Positions 54,204 through 63,559 of a DNA stretch of 64,000 nt are shown here, one piece after another. The number at the start of each line of letters is the position of its first letter. Position 1 is the first letter of the stretch. Origin of the DNA: an uncultured Methanosarcinales archaeon (lineage in GTDB: Archaea; Nanobdellota; Nanobdellia; Woesearchaeales; GW2011-AR9); the NCBI GenBank assembly GCA_964344235.1, contig CAYFMJ010000001.1, forward strand, positions 64,001 to 128,000, given 5' to 3'. A model generated the notes under the pieces. It was given only the letters and a program-made list of their open reading frames with translations, searched no databases and was not told the DNA's origin. The position numbers and the translations under genes were made by a program.

Positions 54204-55090
54204 TTGACGTTTTATTTTTAGGAACCGGCTGTATGCAGCCTACGAAAACGAGGAACCATGCCGGGGTTTTATTGCAGTATAAGAAAGAGCAGATTCTATT
54301 CGATTGTGGAGAAGCTATTCAAAGACAGATGCGCCATGCAGGCGTGAAACCGGCGAAAACTACGAGATTATGTATTAGTCATTGGCATGGAGACCACGTA
54401 TTTGGTATTCCGGGATTGTTAAGTTCAATGGGGGCCGATCAGTTTGCAAGCAAGTTGGAGATTTATGGGCCGAAAGGAACGAAAGCGTATATGAATCACA
54501 TCTTAAAGTGGTTTGCGGCGAAGGATATTATTCCATTTACAGTGCATGAAGTCTCGAAAGGGATTATTTTTGAGGGCGATGATTTTTATGTAGAAGTGGA
54601 ACCGTTGAAACATTCCGTGCCGTGTATTGGGTTTCGGTTTGTAGAGAAAGATAGGCGGAGAATTAACGTTAGTAAGGCGAAGAAGTTAGGTTTAGCAGGC
54701 CCGGTGTTAGGGAAGTTGCAGAAAGGTAAGAATGTTGTTGTTGATGGTAAGAAAATTCTTGCAGATGATGTGACATATGTTGTAGAAGGGAAGAGTGTGA
54801 GTTATGTTACTGATACGATGGAGTGTAATGGTGCTGATAAGTTGGCCAGAGGAACAGATGTGTTGATTTTAGAGGGAACGTTGTTAGATAATTTACGGAA
54901 AAATGCAATTAAGTCGAAGCATCTTACGGTGAAACAAGCAGCGTTAATTGCTTCCAGAAATGAAGCGAAGAAGTTAGTGATAACACATATTAGCCAGCGG
55001 TATAAGAGTTCTGCAGATATTGTCAGTGAAGCGAGAGATCATTTTGATAACACTATTGTAGCGGAAGATTTTATGAGGTTGAAGGTTTAG
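54200..55090 (+). CDS. rnz: Ribonuclease Z
   Basis: FLGTG, FDCGE, SHWHGDH, HSVPC.G, DT, EGT, HLT, THISQRY. Confidence 0.93.
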   Translation: MIDVLFLGTGCMQPTKTRNHAGVLLQYKKEQILFDCGEAIQRQMRHAGVKPAKTTRLCISHWHGDHVFGIPGLLSSMGADQFASKLEIYGPKGTKAYMNHILKWFAAKDIIPFTVHEVSKGIIFEGDDFYVEVEPLKHSVPCIGFRFVEKDRRRINVSKAKKLGLAGPVLGKLQKGKNVVVDGKKILADDVTYVVEGKSVSYVTDTMECNGADKLARGTDVLILEGTLLDNLRKNAIKSKHLTVKQAALIASRNEAKKLVITHISQRYKSSADIVSEARDHFDNTIVAEDFMRLKV

Positions 55091-55091
55091 T

Positions 55092-55505
55092 TTGAAATCG
55101 GCAAAGGCTAAAGGTAGCAGGGCAGAGAGAGAGTTAGTAGCATTCTTTAATGAACATGGTTGGAGCTGTCTCAGAGCTGCAGGAAGCGGTAGTAGTAAAT
55201 ATCCGGCCCCAGATATTCTTGCAGGAAATGCGATTAGAAGAGTAGCGATTGAGTGTAAAGTGACGAAGGATGAGAAAAAGTATATTCCGAATGCTGAGAT
55301 TGAGCAGTTGAATACGTTTGCCAAGAATTTTGGAGCAGAAGCGTGGATTGGTGTGAAATTAGGGAGCAATGAGTGGTTTTTTCTGATGCCAGAGGATGCA
55401 GAAAAAACAGCAGGGTCACACGTTATTTCGCTGAAAATTGCCCGTTTGAGAGGCCTACGTAAAGAAGAATTACTTGGAAATAGTAGCAATGACCGAAACA
55501 TTTAA
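55092..55505 (+). CDS. hjc: Holliday junction resolvase Hjc
   Basis: KGSRAEREL, RAAGSG, PDILA, IECK. Confidence 0.92.
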   Translation: MKSAKAKGSRAERELVAFFNEHGWSCLRAAGSGSSKYPAPDILAGNAIRRVAIECKVTKDEKKYIPNAEIEQLNTFAKNFGAEAWIGVKLGSNEWFFLMPEDAEKTAGSHVISLKIARLRGLRKEELLGNSSNDRNI

Positions 55506-55529
55506 AAGGGCAAATATACGGGTAAGGGT

Positions 55530-56339
55530 ATGCGCCTTACTCAGAAAAAAACTATTGAAATTCTTGTAGATATTATTGGTGAAGCAGGGACTAACCTGAT
55601 TGAGGAGTTAATTGGAAAAGAGAATGTTTCTGAGTTTGATTTGGCAAAGAGAACCAAAAAAGACATCAAAGTGGTTCGAAAGATGTTATACATGTTGTAT
55701 AACCATAACCTTGTTGGTTTTACGAGAAAGAAGGATAAGCAGAAAGGTTGGTATATCTATTATTGGACACTTCTACCAGAAAGTATCAAGTTTAGTTATT
55801 TCAAAACGAAGAGGGATTTGTTAGAGCGATTAAAAGCGCAGCTTGATGCGGAGCAGGAAGAATTATTTTTCGTTTGTCCAAATGATTGTGTGAGGTTAAC
55901 GTTTGATCAGGGAATGGATTTTGAGTTTCACTGCCCGGAGTGTGGGGAGTTGATTCACCAAGATGATGGTGAGAAGCGAAAAGCAGATCTGCAGAAGAAG
56001 ATTGCTAAGTTAGAAGAAGAAGTGAAAACGTTATTAGAACACCGGAAAGCTCGAAGGAAGAGAATTAAGGAGAAGAAGGAAGTTGTAAAAGCGAAGAGTA
56101 AAGTTGCAACGAGGAAAAAGGCTGTGAAGAAACCAGCGAAAAAGAAAGTTGTTAAGAAAGCTGCAACGAAGAAGAAGAGTTCTGCAAAGAAAAAAGAAGT
56201 AAAAAAGGTGACGAAGAAAAAAACGGCAGTGAAAAAGAAGGCTGCGGTGAAGAAAAAAGTAGTTGCGTCTCGAAAGAAAGCTGCGAAAAAACCAGCGAAA
56301 AAAGTTGCTAAAAAGAAAGCGACAAAAAAGAAAAAATAG
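55530..56339 (+). CDS. tfe: Transcription factor E alpha with long Lys/Ala-rich C-terminal tail
   Basis: wHTH (VRKMLYML...GWYIYYW), zinc ribbon CPNDC...FHCPECG, then KKPAKK repeats. Confidence 0.9.
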   Translation: MRLTQKKTIEILVDIIGEAGTNLIEELIGKENVSEFDLAKRTKKDIKVVRKMLYMLYNHNLVGFTRKKDKQKGWYIYYWTLLPESIKFSYFKTKRDLLERLKAQLDAEQEELFFVCPNDCVRLTFDQGMDFEFHCPECGELIHQDDGEKRKADLQKKIAKLEEEVKTLLEHRKARRKRIKEKKEVVKAKSKVATRKKAVKKPAKKKVVKKAATKKKSSAKKKEVKKVTKKKTAVKKKAAVKKKVVASRKKAAKKPAKKVAKKKATKKKK

Positions 56340-56374
56340 AGCTGGAAAGTTTATATAATTCTACATCTCTGGGA

Positions 56375-58876
56375 TTGATTATGGCAGTTTCAGTGCAAAA
56401 TTGCTCCCGAACCATGTTGTTCTTAGTGTTTGGAATTTTACTAGCTACTGTTGCGTCTGCAAGTCCAAGTGTGCAGATTAATGAGTTAATGGCGATTAAT
56501 GATAATTTTGATGTTGAGGATAATGGAAAGTCTCCAGATTGGTTTGAATTGTATAATTATGGTGAAGATAGTGTTGATTTAAAGGAATTTTATGTAAGTG
56601 ATACTAAAAATAATATGATAAAGTTTCAAATTCAAGAAGAAGTTATTATTCCCCCGAAGGGATATCATGTTCTTGTAGCCGATGGGAAAAAAGGATACAA
56701 CCATGTGGGGTTTAAATTAGGTGGGGATGGAGAGGAGTTATTACTTACTGCACCAGACGGAGAGACAATTATTGATTCTGTTGATTTTCCAAAGCAAGTT
56801 GCAGATGTTTCATATGGTAGAAGTATGGATGGGGGGATTTGGGGTTTTCTGGAGGAAGCAACGCCGGGAGAAGGAAATAGCGCTGTGTTGAAACTGAGCG
56901 AGTCGGATGAACCTTTCTTGAGTCACAAAGCTGGATTTTACGATGAAGCTATTGAATTAAAAGTTAGCTCTGTTGGAAACGTTTATTATACAACTGATGG
57001 GACCACGCCAAAGCAAAAAGAGGAGGACTTATACACTGAACCAATTGTGATTGACGAAACCACAACGATTAGGATTATGGTGGTGGAAGAGGGGAGCCTT
57101 CCATCTAAAGTGGTGACAAGAACCTATTTCATTAATGAAGAATTTACACTCCCGGTTGTATCATTTGTTTCCAACCCAGACAATTTCTTTAATGAGAATG
57201 ACGGCTTGTTTAAACAATGGAGTGAGGAAGAAGCTGAAACTGTTGAGCCAGAGGAACATGCACTTCATATGGAATATTTTGATGACGCATCGTTAGAATT
57301 CAAAATGACTGTTGATGCAAAGACCCATGGGTTTCATTCAAAGATTGATCCTGGCCCAATACCAAGAGCGTTTAGAATTTATGCAAGGGAAAAATATGGG
57401 CAGGACCGCATAGAGTATCCTTTGTTTGGAGAAGCATCCCTGCCAAGTTATAAACGAGTAGTCTTTCGGCCAGCGAGCGAGGATAAAATTTCAAACAGTG
57501 GAACACATTTTAGAGACCCGCTAGTGCATTCGATTGCTGAAAACATGGCTGTTGACACACAGGCGTATTCTCCAGTTATTGTGTTTATTAATGGCGAATA
57601 TTGGGGGATCTATAACATAAGAGAGAGGTTGGATAAATATTACGTTTCTGATCATTATGGTGTTGAGCCAGAGGAAGTTAAGATAGCAGAAGGACAAGCC
57701 CCCCTTATGGGTCCAACAGAGGTGAATCCAACAGAAGAGGATTATGAAAAATGGATTAAAGAAAAGAAAAATCAAGCTGCAGTGGAGTATGGTTCCTTGT
57801 TTCTTGAAATTACAAACATGAAGTCCGATTCTCCAGAATTTGTCACGTTTGTGGAATCTTCTTTGGATGTGGATAGTCTTTTTGATTGGCATGCTTTACA
57901 GTTGTATAGCCATAACAATGATTGGGTGCACAACAGCAAGCGGTGGAAGGCCAGTGGGTTGTGGAAGTTTATGGTTTTTGACACGGATTCCAGTTTCGGT
58001 TTGCATTCAATCGGAATTGACAAAAATAATTTAGATCATTTCTTTAAAACGCCCAAGGAAGGTAATTACTATACTTCTATCTTTCCAACAATTATGAAGA
58101 ATGACGCATTGCGAGAGAGGTTTTTGGTGCGGTTTGCTGATTTATTGAATAGTGATTTTAGAGAGGAAACCGTAGATAAAAAAATAGATTTCTTTGTTGA
58201 GTTGCTTGAGCCGGAAGTTGGCAAACATATTGCAAAATGGATTCCGGAAGATTCAGGCAATTGGCTTTGGACAAATAGTGTTGAAGAGCTGAGGCAATAT
58301 GTTGACGGGCGGACCGAAGAGTTGTATGGATTTTTTGATGAATATTTTGAGGAGATTGATGGTACGCACCCCGTTTCGGTGGGTGTTGAGTGTGGTGGGG
58401 AAGTACATGTTAATTCGATAATTGTTCAGGACGGGTTTGAAGGAGACGTTTTTAATATTTTGCAGTTTACGCCAAAGAACTTTGAAACGGAAGATTTTAC
58501 CTCCATCAAAATACAGTCGAAGATCGATAAGCTGTGGTTGCAAGAGAAAGGATTAGTGAAGGACGATGTTTCTATGTTCCGACATATTACGGAATGGGTT
58601 GAATTACCAACAACGATTTTGGAAGAAGATGGTTCTTTTGTATACTATGAATCGCAGACACCGGGCTTTAGTTATTTTATTATTGGGTCTAAGGAAAGGG
58701 TGGAGAGTCTAGAGGGGGAGGAAGAAGAGGCTACAGCAGATGAAGAAAGGGTGGAAGAAGATGTAGTTAATGTTGTGAAAAAAGCTTATGTGTATGAACC
58801 ATGGCAGGGTTTAGTTGCTTTCGTTATACTGATCACAATTGTGTTCTTAGTAGCATACAACAAAAGAAGAAAGTGA
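56375..58876 (+). CDS. Surface protein: lamin-tail + FN3/CHB_HEX_C-like + CotH kinase + PGF-pre-PGF-like + TM anchor
   Basis: INELMA..DWFELYN, YYTTDGTTP, NGEYWGIYNIRER, NNDW..N, FDTDSSFG, SQTPGFSYFII, C-terminal TM with basic tail. Confidence 0.85.
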   Translation: MIMAVSVQNCSRTMLFLVFGILLATVASASPSVQINELMAINDNFDVEDNGKSPDWFELYNYGEDSVDLKEFYVSDTKNNMIKFQIQEEVIIPPKGYHVLVADGKKGYNHVGFKLGGDGEELLLTAPDGETIIDSVDFPKQVADVSYGRSMDGGIWGFLEEATPGEGNSAVLKLSESDEPFLSHKAGFYDEAIELKVSSVGNVYYTTDGTTPKQKEEDLYTEPIVIDETTTIRIMVVEEGSLPSKVVTRTYFINEEFTLPVVSFVSNPDNFFNENDGLFKQWSEEEAETVEPEEHALHMEYFDDASLEFKMTVDAKTHGFHSKIDPGPIPRAFRIYAREKYGQDRIEYPLFGEASLPSYKRVVFRPASEDKISNSGTHFRDPLVHSIAENMAVDTQAYSPVIVFINGEYWGIYNIRERLDKYYVSDHYGVEPEEVKIAEGQAPLMGPTEVNPTEEDYEKWIKEKKNQAAVEYGSLFLEITNMKSDSPEFVTFVESSLDVDSLFDWHALQLYSHNNDWVHNSKRWKASGLWKFMVFDTDSSFGLHSIGIDKNNLDHFFKTPKEGNYYTSIFPTIMKNDALRERFLVRFADLLNSDFREETVDKKIDFFVELLEPEVGKHIAKWIPEDSGNWLWTNSVEELRQYVDGRTEELYGFFDEYFEEIDGTHPVSVGVECGGEVHVNSIIVQDGFEGDVFNILQFTPKNFETEDFTSIKIQSKIDKLWLQEKGLVKDDVSMFRHITEWVELPTTILEEDGSFVYYESQTPGFSYFIIGSKERVESLEGEEEEATADEERVEEDVVNVVKKAYVYEPWQGLVAFVILITIVFLVAYNKRRK

Positions 58877-58896
58877 CAAAGAAAAATAAATAAAAT

Positions 58897-59136
58897 TTAA
58901 CGGCGACGCCGTCGTGTTGTTTTTTTAGTGGTTCTTGAAGAACTTCGTTTTTTCCCTAACATTCTCTCGATTGCTTTCTCTTCTTTCAACACTTGGTTCG
59001 TCATTTTTTGAATGTTTAGTTCCATGCTTGCAACACGTCGCTCTAAGAGAATTAATACTCGTAGTGAATAAACGATTGCGGCAAGTGTACCGATGATTAC
59101 AGCAAGAATGACTTCAGCTAATTCTAACCCTGGCAT
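58897..59136 (-). CDS. Small single-TM protein with coiled coil and Arg/Lys-rich tail
   Basis: GAGGTG SD; TM helix, ERRVASME, RTTKKTTRRRRR. Confidence 0.7.
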   Translation of the reverse strand: MPGLELAEVILAVIIGTLAAIVYSLRVLILLERRVASMELNIQKMTNQVLKEEKAIERMLGKKRSSSRTTKKTTRRRRR

Positions 59137-59245
59137 TGTATGACACCTCTTTTAATGATGAGTTGAATGAGTGTTCTGTAGTATATAAACGTTGCGGAAA
59201 AATTGAGAGTAAACATTTATAAAATGCGTCAGAAAAAGAGGAAGT

Positions 59246-59653
59246 ATGGATGCATACGAAGCGTTGTTGAAGAAAGCAGAAGAAGAGTTGCCAGAGACAG
59301 TTCATGGTTCAGAGCGATTTACTATTGAGAAAGTTCGAGGGCATATTGAAGGAAACAAAACGGTTCTTGTTAATTTGAAAAAAATTGCAAAAGATTTAGG
59401 GAGAGATGAGAACCACTTGTTGAAATATCTATTGAGGGAGTTAGCAACACCGGGAAAATATGTTCGAGGGAGAACTATTTTCGGAACAAAAGTTGCGGCA
59501 TTAAAGATTAATAAGAAAATTAAGAAATATGCAAGTGAGTTTGTGTTCTGCTCAGAGTGTAGCAAGCCTGACACTTCATTAACTGAGGAAAAAGGAGTAA
59601 TTTATCTGAAGTGTCAGGCCTGTGGGGCGAAGAAGCCAGTAAAAAACATTTAA
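59246..59653 (+). CDS. eif2b: Translation initiation factor aIF-2 beta
   Basis: YEALL, ERF, GNKT...N, HLLKYLLRELAT.G, CSECSKPDT, CQACGA. Confidence 0.93.
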   Translation: MDAYEALLKKAEEELPETVHGSERFTIEKVRGHIEGNKTVLVNLKKIAKDLGRDENHLLKYLLRELATPGKYVRGRTIFGTKVAALKINKKIKKYASEFVFCSECSKPDTSLTEEKGVIYLKCQACGAKKPVKNI

Positions 59654-59654
59654 G

Positions 59655-59954
59655 ATGGTGTTAATTGTTGCTGAAAAAAAAGGACCACATGGTGTGTTGT
59701 TAGTTGTTACGGATAAAGATATTTTAGGGAAGATTTTTTCTGAAGGCAATGTGCAATTGGATTTAACGAAGCAGTTTTATGAAGGAAAAGAGAGAAGTGC
59801 TGAAGAGATTGCGCAACTATTTGGGAAAGCACGTGATATTCACTTTACTGGCAAAGAGGCCGTAGCGTTAGGTGTAGAGAAAGATTTAATTGATTCTGAT
59901 AGGATATTGTATGTAGAAGGCGTCCCACATGCTGAAGTGGCTATTGGTGATTAA
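59655..59954 (+). CDS. DUF424-family protein
   Basis: DKDILGKIFSEG..L....FYEG, F.G..AV..G, GVPHA. Confidence 0.85.
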   Translation: MVLIVAEKKGPHGVLLVVTDKDILGKIFSEGNVQLDLTKQFYEGKERSAEEIAQLFGKARDIHFTGKEAVALGVEKDLIDSDRILYVEGVPHAEVAIGD

Positions 59955-62900
59955 CCCATAAAAGAACCCAAACCAACTTGCTTATCTTTTTCCCTACCGA
60001 AAACGGTGTCAACTTGCATTTCTAAGATTTCTAACGTTTGTTTAAGATAGGGAGAAAAGTCATATTTCTTTGCTAGCTCTAAGGAAGGACCAAGGTATTT
60101 AATCACAGAACCGTGGGAGATGGTAAAGATAATTTTGCCATTACAAGAAGTACACCTACCGGAAAGTGGAGGTCTTCTGAATTTGGAGTTACAGCTAACA
60201 CAGCGGAAACCTTGCATGGAAAATTTCCGTAAGTTACCTTTGATATCTTTCAGAAAGTGTTTTTGGATAACTAACCGGGCAACGTCACCCATATCAACTG
60301 CGCGAACTTTTTGGGCAATATCCATTTGACCAAATAATTTTTCAGTCATCGAGGGAACGGTTTTATACGCAGAACATTGAACCCCTTTGTTGATGTTATC
60401 AACAAAATGAGTATAACCCATTTGCTCATACTGTAATTCTGTTCCTAGTCTATCGCCGATTTGTTCCACCTTTTTCTGCTCCTCTCCATACTTCACTTCC
60501 CACGGATTTTTCATCTCTAACGATGCTTCATACAGTTCAAGAGGGTATTTCCAGACAACGTCAACACCGTGCACTTGATCGTCAACCTCTGCTGGGTTAA
60601 GAACAGAGGTAAGAACTAACGGTGCGTCCATTGTTTTTGCGCCTCTTCTATCAGGTAGGTATTGTCGTGAAAAATTGAGGAGAGCATCCATTAGCAACAT
60701 CACGCATGCTTCATCGCCATCGCAATCCCTTCTCATGCCAGCGTGATAGAGAGGATGAGTAATAAGGCCCTGTGTTTCGGAAGAGCCAATTATTCTCCCA
60801 ACTAGGCCCGCTGAAATGTGTGGTGCTAACCCAATCACGAGATGACCAGCGAGGTCTTCTTCTTTCGTGATGTTGTAATATCTCTTTTGTCCATATAATT
60901 TTACAAGTAATTCATCAACAAAATTCGCAACACGGCTAAGAACTTTCGGTGCGGATTCTTCCAACGAATCAAAACCAGGCAGGATAACATCTTGTGGAAA
61001 CATTTCGAGGACTTGATTTGGGCCTGTTAATTCTTTACCGTGAATGTCTTTATGATACCCGAGTTCTTTGAGTTTTTCAATGGATGTTTTGATTTCTTTT
61101 GGTTTGAAGTGTGTTAAAGGGAGTTCTGTACAATCATAGCGAGTGGTCCCATCTTTGTTAACGTAGACACGATGTTTTGCCCGTAGTATTCCTTTGGAGA
61201 GATGTTCTACAACATGATCTTTGTTTGATGTTCCACGAACGCCTTTGATTAAATCGGGGAGGAGATTTTCTTTGATTAGTTTCTGGGCATGGTCAAGATA
61301 GTATTTTATGTCAATGTCACGTGTTTTAAATGATCTTGTTGGACCGTGACGGCAGGTTTCTTTATCAACATCACCGCAAAAGCGACAATGATATTTCTGC
61401 TCGCAGTCTTTACTACACTTTTCGCAGACAGCATACACTGTTTCGGAATCGCAGGAAGTGCAATAGAATAAAGGGAACGTGCTGCGTACTTTGCCTGCTT
61501 TCAACGCTGATTGAAAACTTCGGAGTCTATCTCCCTCGTCACCAACAGGAAACATCACTTGGGGAGAACCAGTCATGTGGCGCATTTTCGCTTTTTCTGG
61601 CCGGCCCATTCGTGCTCCAATAAATGTGCCTGCTTTATCTCTAAGAGTTGTATTACCAAGAAAATTAATTACTTCTAATCCATTTTTCTCTGCGACAGTT
61701 TCGGAGGAGAGAGTGATTTTCTCCAGGCCTTCTTGGTCTTTGACATCAAAACAAAATGCGAGGATTGTTGCTTCTTTCCGTTCTATAACTACATTTTCTT
61801 TACTGATAACTTGGTGGGGGATTCCCAATTCTTCTAGAATGCGCTTAGCTCTTGTATGGTGTTCATTTTGTTGGTTTAGGGGAACAATTATTTTTTTAAT
61901 GCCTTTTTCGTCGATTTTTATTTTACCTTCTTGCAGCCATTGTTTCACGGTGAGGAGATCTTTTCCAGAAACAAGCGACCAATAAAAAGTGTAATCTGAG
62001 TGTAGTGGAACTGAGAAGGTTTTGCTTATTGTTAGTGCTTCTTCCCACGTTGGCTTTTGAGTCAAAGGTTTACGAGTGAGGTGGTCAAGACGTTCTGCAG
62101 TAATGTTTGTTTCTTTGGCTGCTTTTGCAAGAGGTTCTTGTTCAAAGCGAGTGTTGATTGCTTTCTCTACTTCTAACGCCCACCATTCTGGGCAATAACC
62201 AACTGGAACAAGAGAATGACCGTTCTCTGAGAAGTCTCCATAATTGAAGAGTATGTCGCCAAGGAAAAGGATCTCTTTAATTTTGGGAAAGTATTGTTTC
62301 GCTTCTTGTTCTGTGTTTAATTGTATGACAGAGCCATCTTCTAATGAAACGATGGGGCCATCAATCGTTTCGCAGACCATTACTGTCGCTGCTTTTCCGG
62401 GTCTCTCAACTTTGAGTTGTGTGCCAATGGCAATGTATTTGTTCAGTACGACAAGAGTTGCGGGACTAAGAGCACAGGCAGAGAAGCCTGAGTTTCGCGT
62501 TCTACCGTAACGTAAACGGAATCCTCCGACGGCAAGAGGGTGAGTTAAGATTGGTCTACCTGCAACTAGATCCATGATGAATGTGTTGTTTGCTTTAACT
62601 TGTTTTTTCGCTGGTTCGTCATCTTTTTTCTCTTTCTTACTGCCGTGAGACGCGTGAATTCTTTCTTTCAGTGCGAGAAAGTCAGCAAGCCATTCCCATT
62701 CTAAATCAAAATCTTTTCCCCATTTCGATAATCGTTTCCATAATTTTGGCGCTTTTTGTGACAAACCTTCTGCTAATACTAACGCAACACCACCACGGAT
62801 AAGGTTGGTGTCGATTCTTGGGAGGTCTTTGTAGTTTGATACTTCAAATTTTTCTGTAGGGTCACCGTCAACTTCCACAGGAAGATGGGAGAGGAGAAAT

Positions 62901-63559
62901 TTGAGTTCATCGTCAGAGGGATGGTATTGTAAGTTAGTAATACGTTCGTGGTAATCATGCACCTCGGCATTGTAACGGTTAATTTCAACTTCTTCCGGGT
63001 CGTAGGTAGCATAGCCCATTTTTACTCGTACATAATCGGCAAGAATTACCGAGGTAGAAGAAGCTGTTCCTCCTGCTGCTCTAATTGGCCCGGCATATTG
63101 CAGGGCAAAGTATTCTTTGCCATCTTTTCGTTTTTTGATTTTTAACCCAATAAACCCTTCAAGGGGAGCGGAAACAATACCGAGTGTAAGGTAGGCGAAG
63201 CCAACTCTAATACCTACTTCCATTGCTTCTTGTTTTGTTTCAAATGTACAGAAGGTTTGTTTGGCAACTTCTTCAGCAATTTTAAAACCAACTCGCCAAT
63301 CTAGCTGGCCGTATTCTTGTTCAAGTTCAAGAATTCGTTCTGGGATTTTTGTACTCTCAATTTGTGGAGCAGCTACTGAGATAAGTCCTACAACACGTTC
63401 TGCCATGTTTTTTGCTACAGGAATTGGTACTGTTTTCTCTGGGTCAAGGCCTTTTTGGCGGGCTTTCGCAGCGAGGTTATAGCAATCTTTAACAGTAGTG
63501 TCTATTGATTTGAAATATTTCTGCATGGTGGGGGTTGCTGCGACGTCCATTTTATCCAA
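59951..63559 (-). CDS. polC: DNA polymerase D large subunit DP2 (no intein)
   Basis: YAGPIRAAGGT, GGFRLRYGRTR, GTQLKVERPGK, IGARMGRPEKAK, RRDCDGDE, C-terminal zinc finger. Confidence 0.96.
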   Translation of the reverse strand: MDKMDVAATPTMQKYFKSIDTTVKDCYNLAAKARQKGLDPEKTVPIPVAKNMAERVVGLISVAAPQIESTKIPERILELEQEYGQLDWRVGFKIAEEVAKQTFCTFETKQEAMEVGIRVGFAYLTLGIVSAPLEGFIGLKIKKRKDGKEYFALQYAGPIRAAGGTASSTSVILADYVRVKMGYATYDPEEVEINRYNAEVHDYHERITNLQYHPSDDELKFLLSHLPVEVDGDPTEKFEVSNYKDLPRIDTNLIRGGVALVLAEGLSQKAPKLWKRLSKWGKDFDLEWEWLADFLALKERIHASHGSKKEKKDDEPAKKQVKANNTFIMDLVAGRPILTHPLAVGGFRLRYGRTRNSGFSACALSPATLVVLNKYIAIGTQLKVERPGKAATVMVCETIDGPIVSLEDGSVIQLNTEQEAKQYFPKIKEILFLGDILFNYGDFSENGHSLVPVGYCPEWWALEVEKAINTRFEQEPLAKAAKETNITAERLDHLTRKPLTQKPTWEEALTISKTFSVPLHSDYTFYWSLVSGKDLLTVKQWLQEGKIKIDEKGIKKIIVPLNQQNEHHTRAKRILEELGIPHQVISKENVVIERKEATILAFCFDVKDQEGLEKITLSSETVAEKNGLEVINFLGNTTLRDKAGTFIGARMGRPEKAKMRHMTGSPQVMFPVGDEGDRLRSFQSALKAGKVRSTFPLFYCTSCDSETVYAVCEKCSKDCEQKYHCRFCGDVDKETCRHGPTRSFKTRDIDIKYYLDHAQKLIKENLLPDLIKGVRGTSNKDHVVEHLSKGILRAKHRVYVNKDGTTRYDCTELPLTHFKPKEIKTSIEKLKELGYHKDIHGKELTGPNQVLEMFPQDVILPGFDSLEESAPKVLSRVANFVDELLVKLYGQKRYYNITKEEDLAGHLVIGLAPHISAGLVGRIIGSSETQGLITHPLYHAGMRRDCDGDEACVMLLMDALLNFSRQYLPDRRGAKTMDAPLVLTSVLNPAEVDDQVHGVDVVWKYPLELYEASLEMKNPWEVKYGEEQKKVEQIGDRLGTELQYEQMGYTHFVDNINKGVQCSAYKTVPSMTEKLFGQMDIAQKVRAVDMGDVARLVIQKHFLKDIKGNLRKFSMQGFRCVSCNSKFRRPPLSGRCTSCNGKIIFTISHGSVIKYLGPSLELAKKYDFSPYLKQTLEILEMQVDTVFGREKDKQVGLGSFMG

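Noticed and set aside
56080-56339. Low-complexity AAG/AAA-rich DNA as a tandem repeat or assembly artefact
   Set aside because: Codons vary synonymously and the frame stays open, so it is a protein-level Lys-rich tail rather than a DNA repeat.
59951-63559. Intein in PolD DP2
   Set aside because: The usual insertion region reads RRDCDGDE without interruption, and 1202 aa fits an intein-free DP2.
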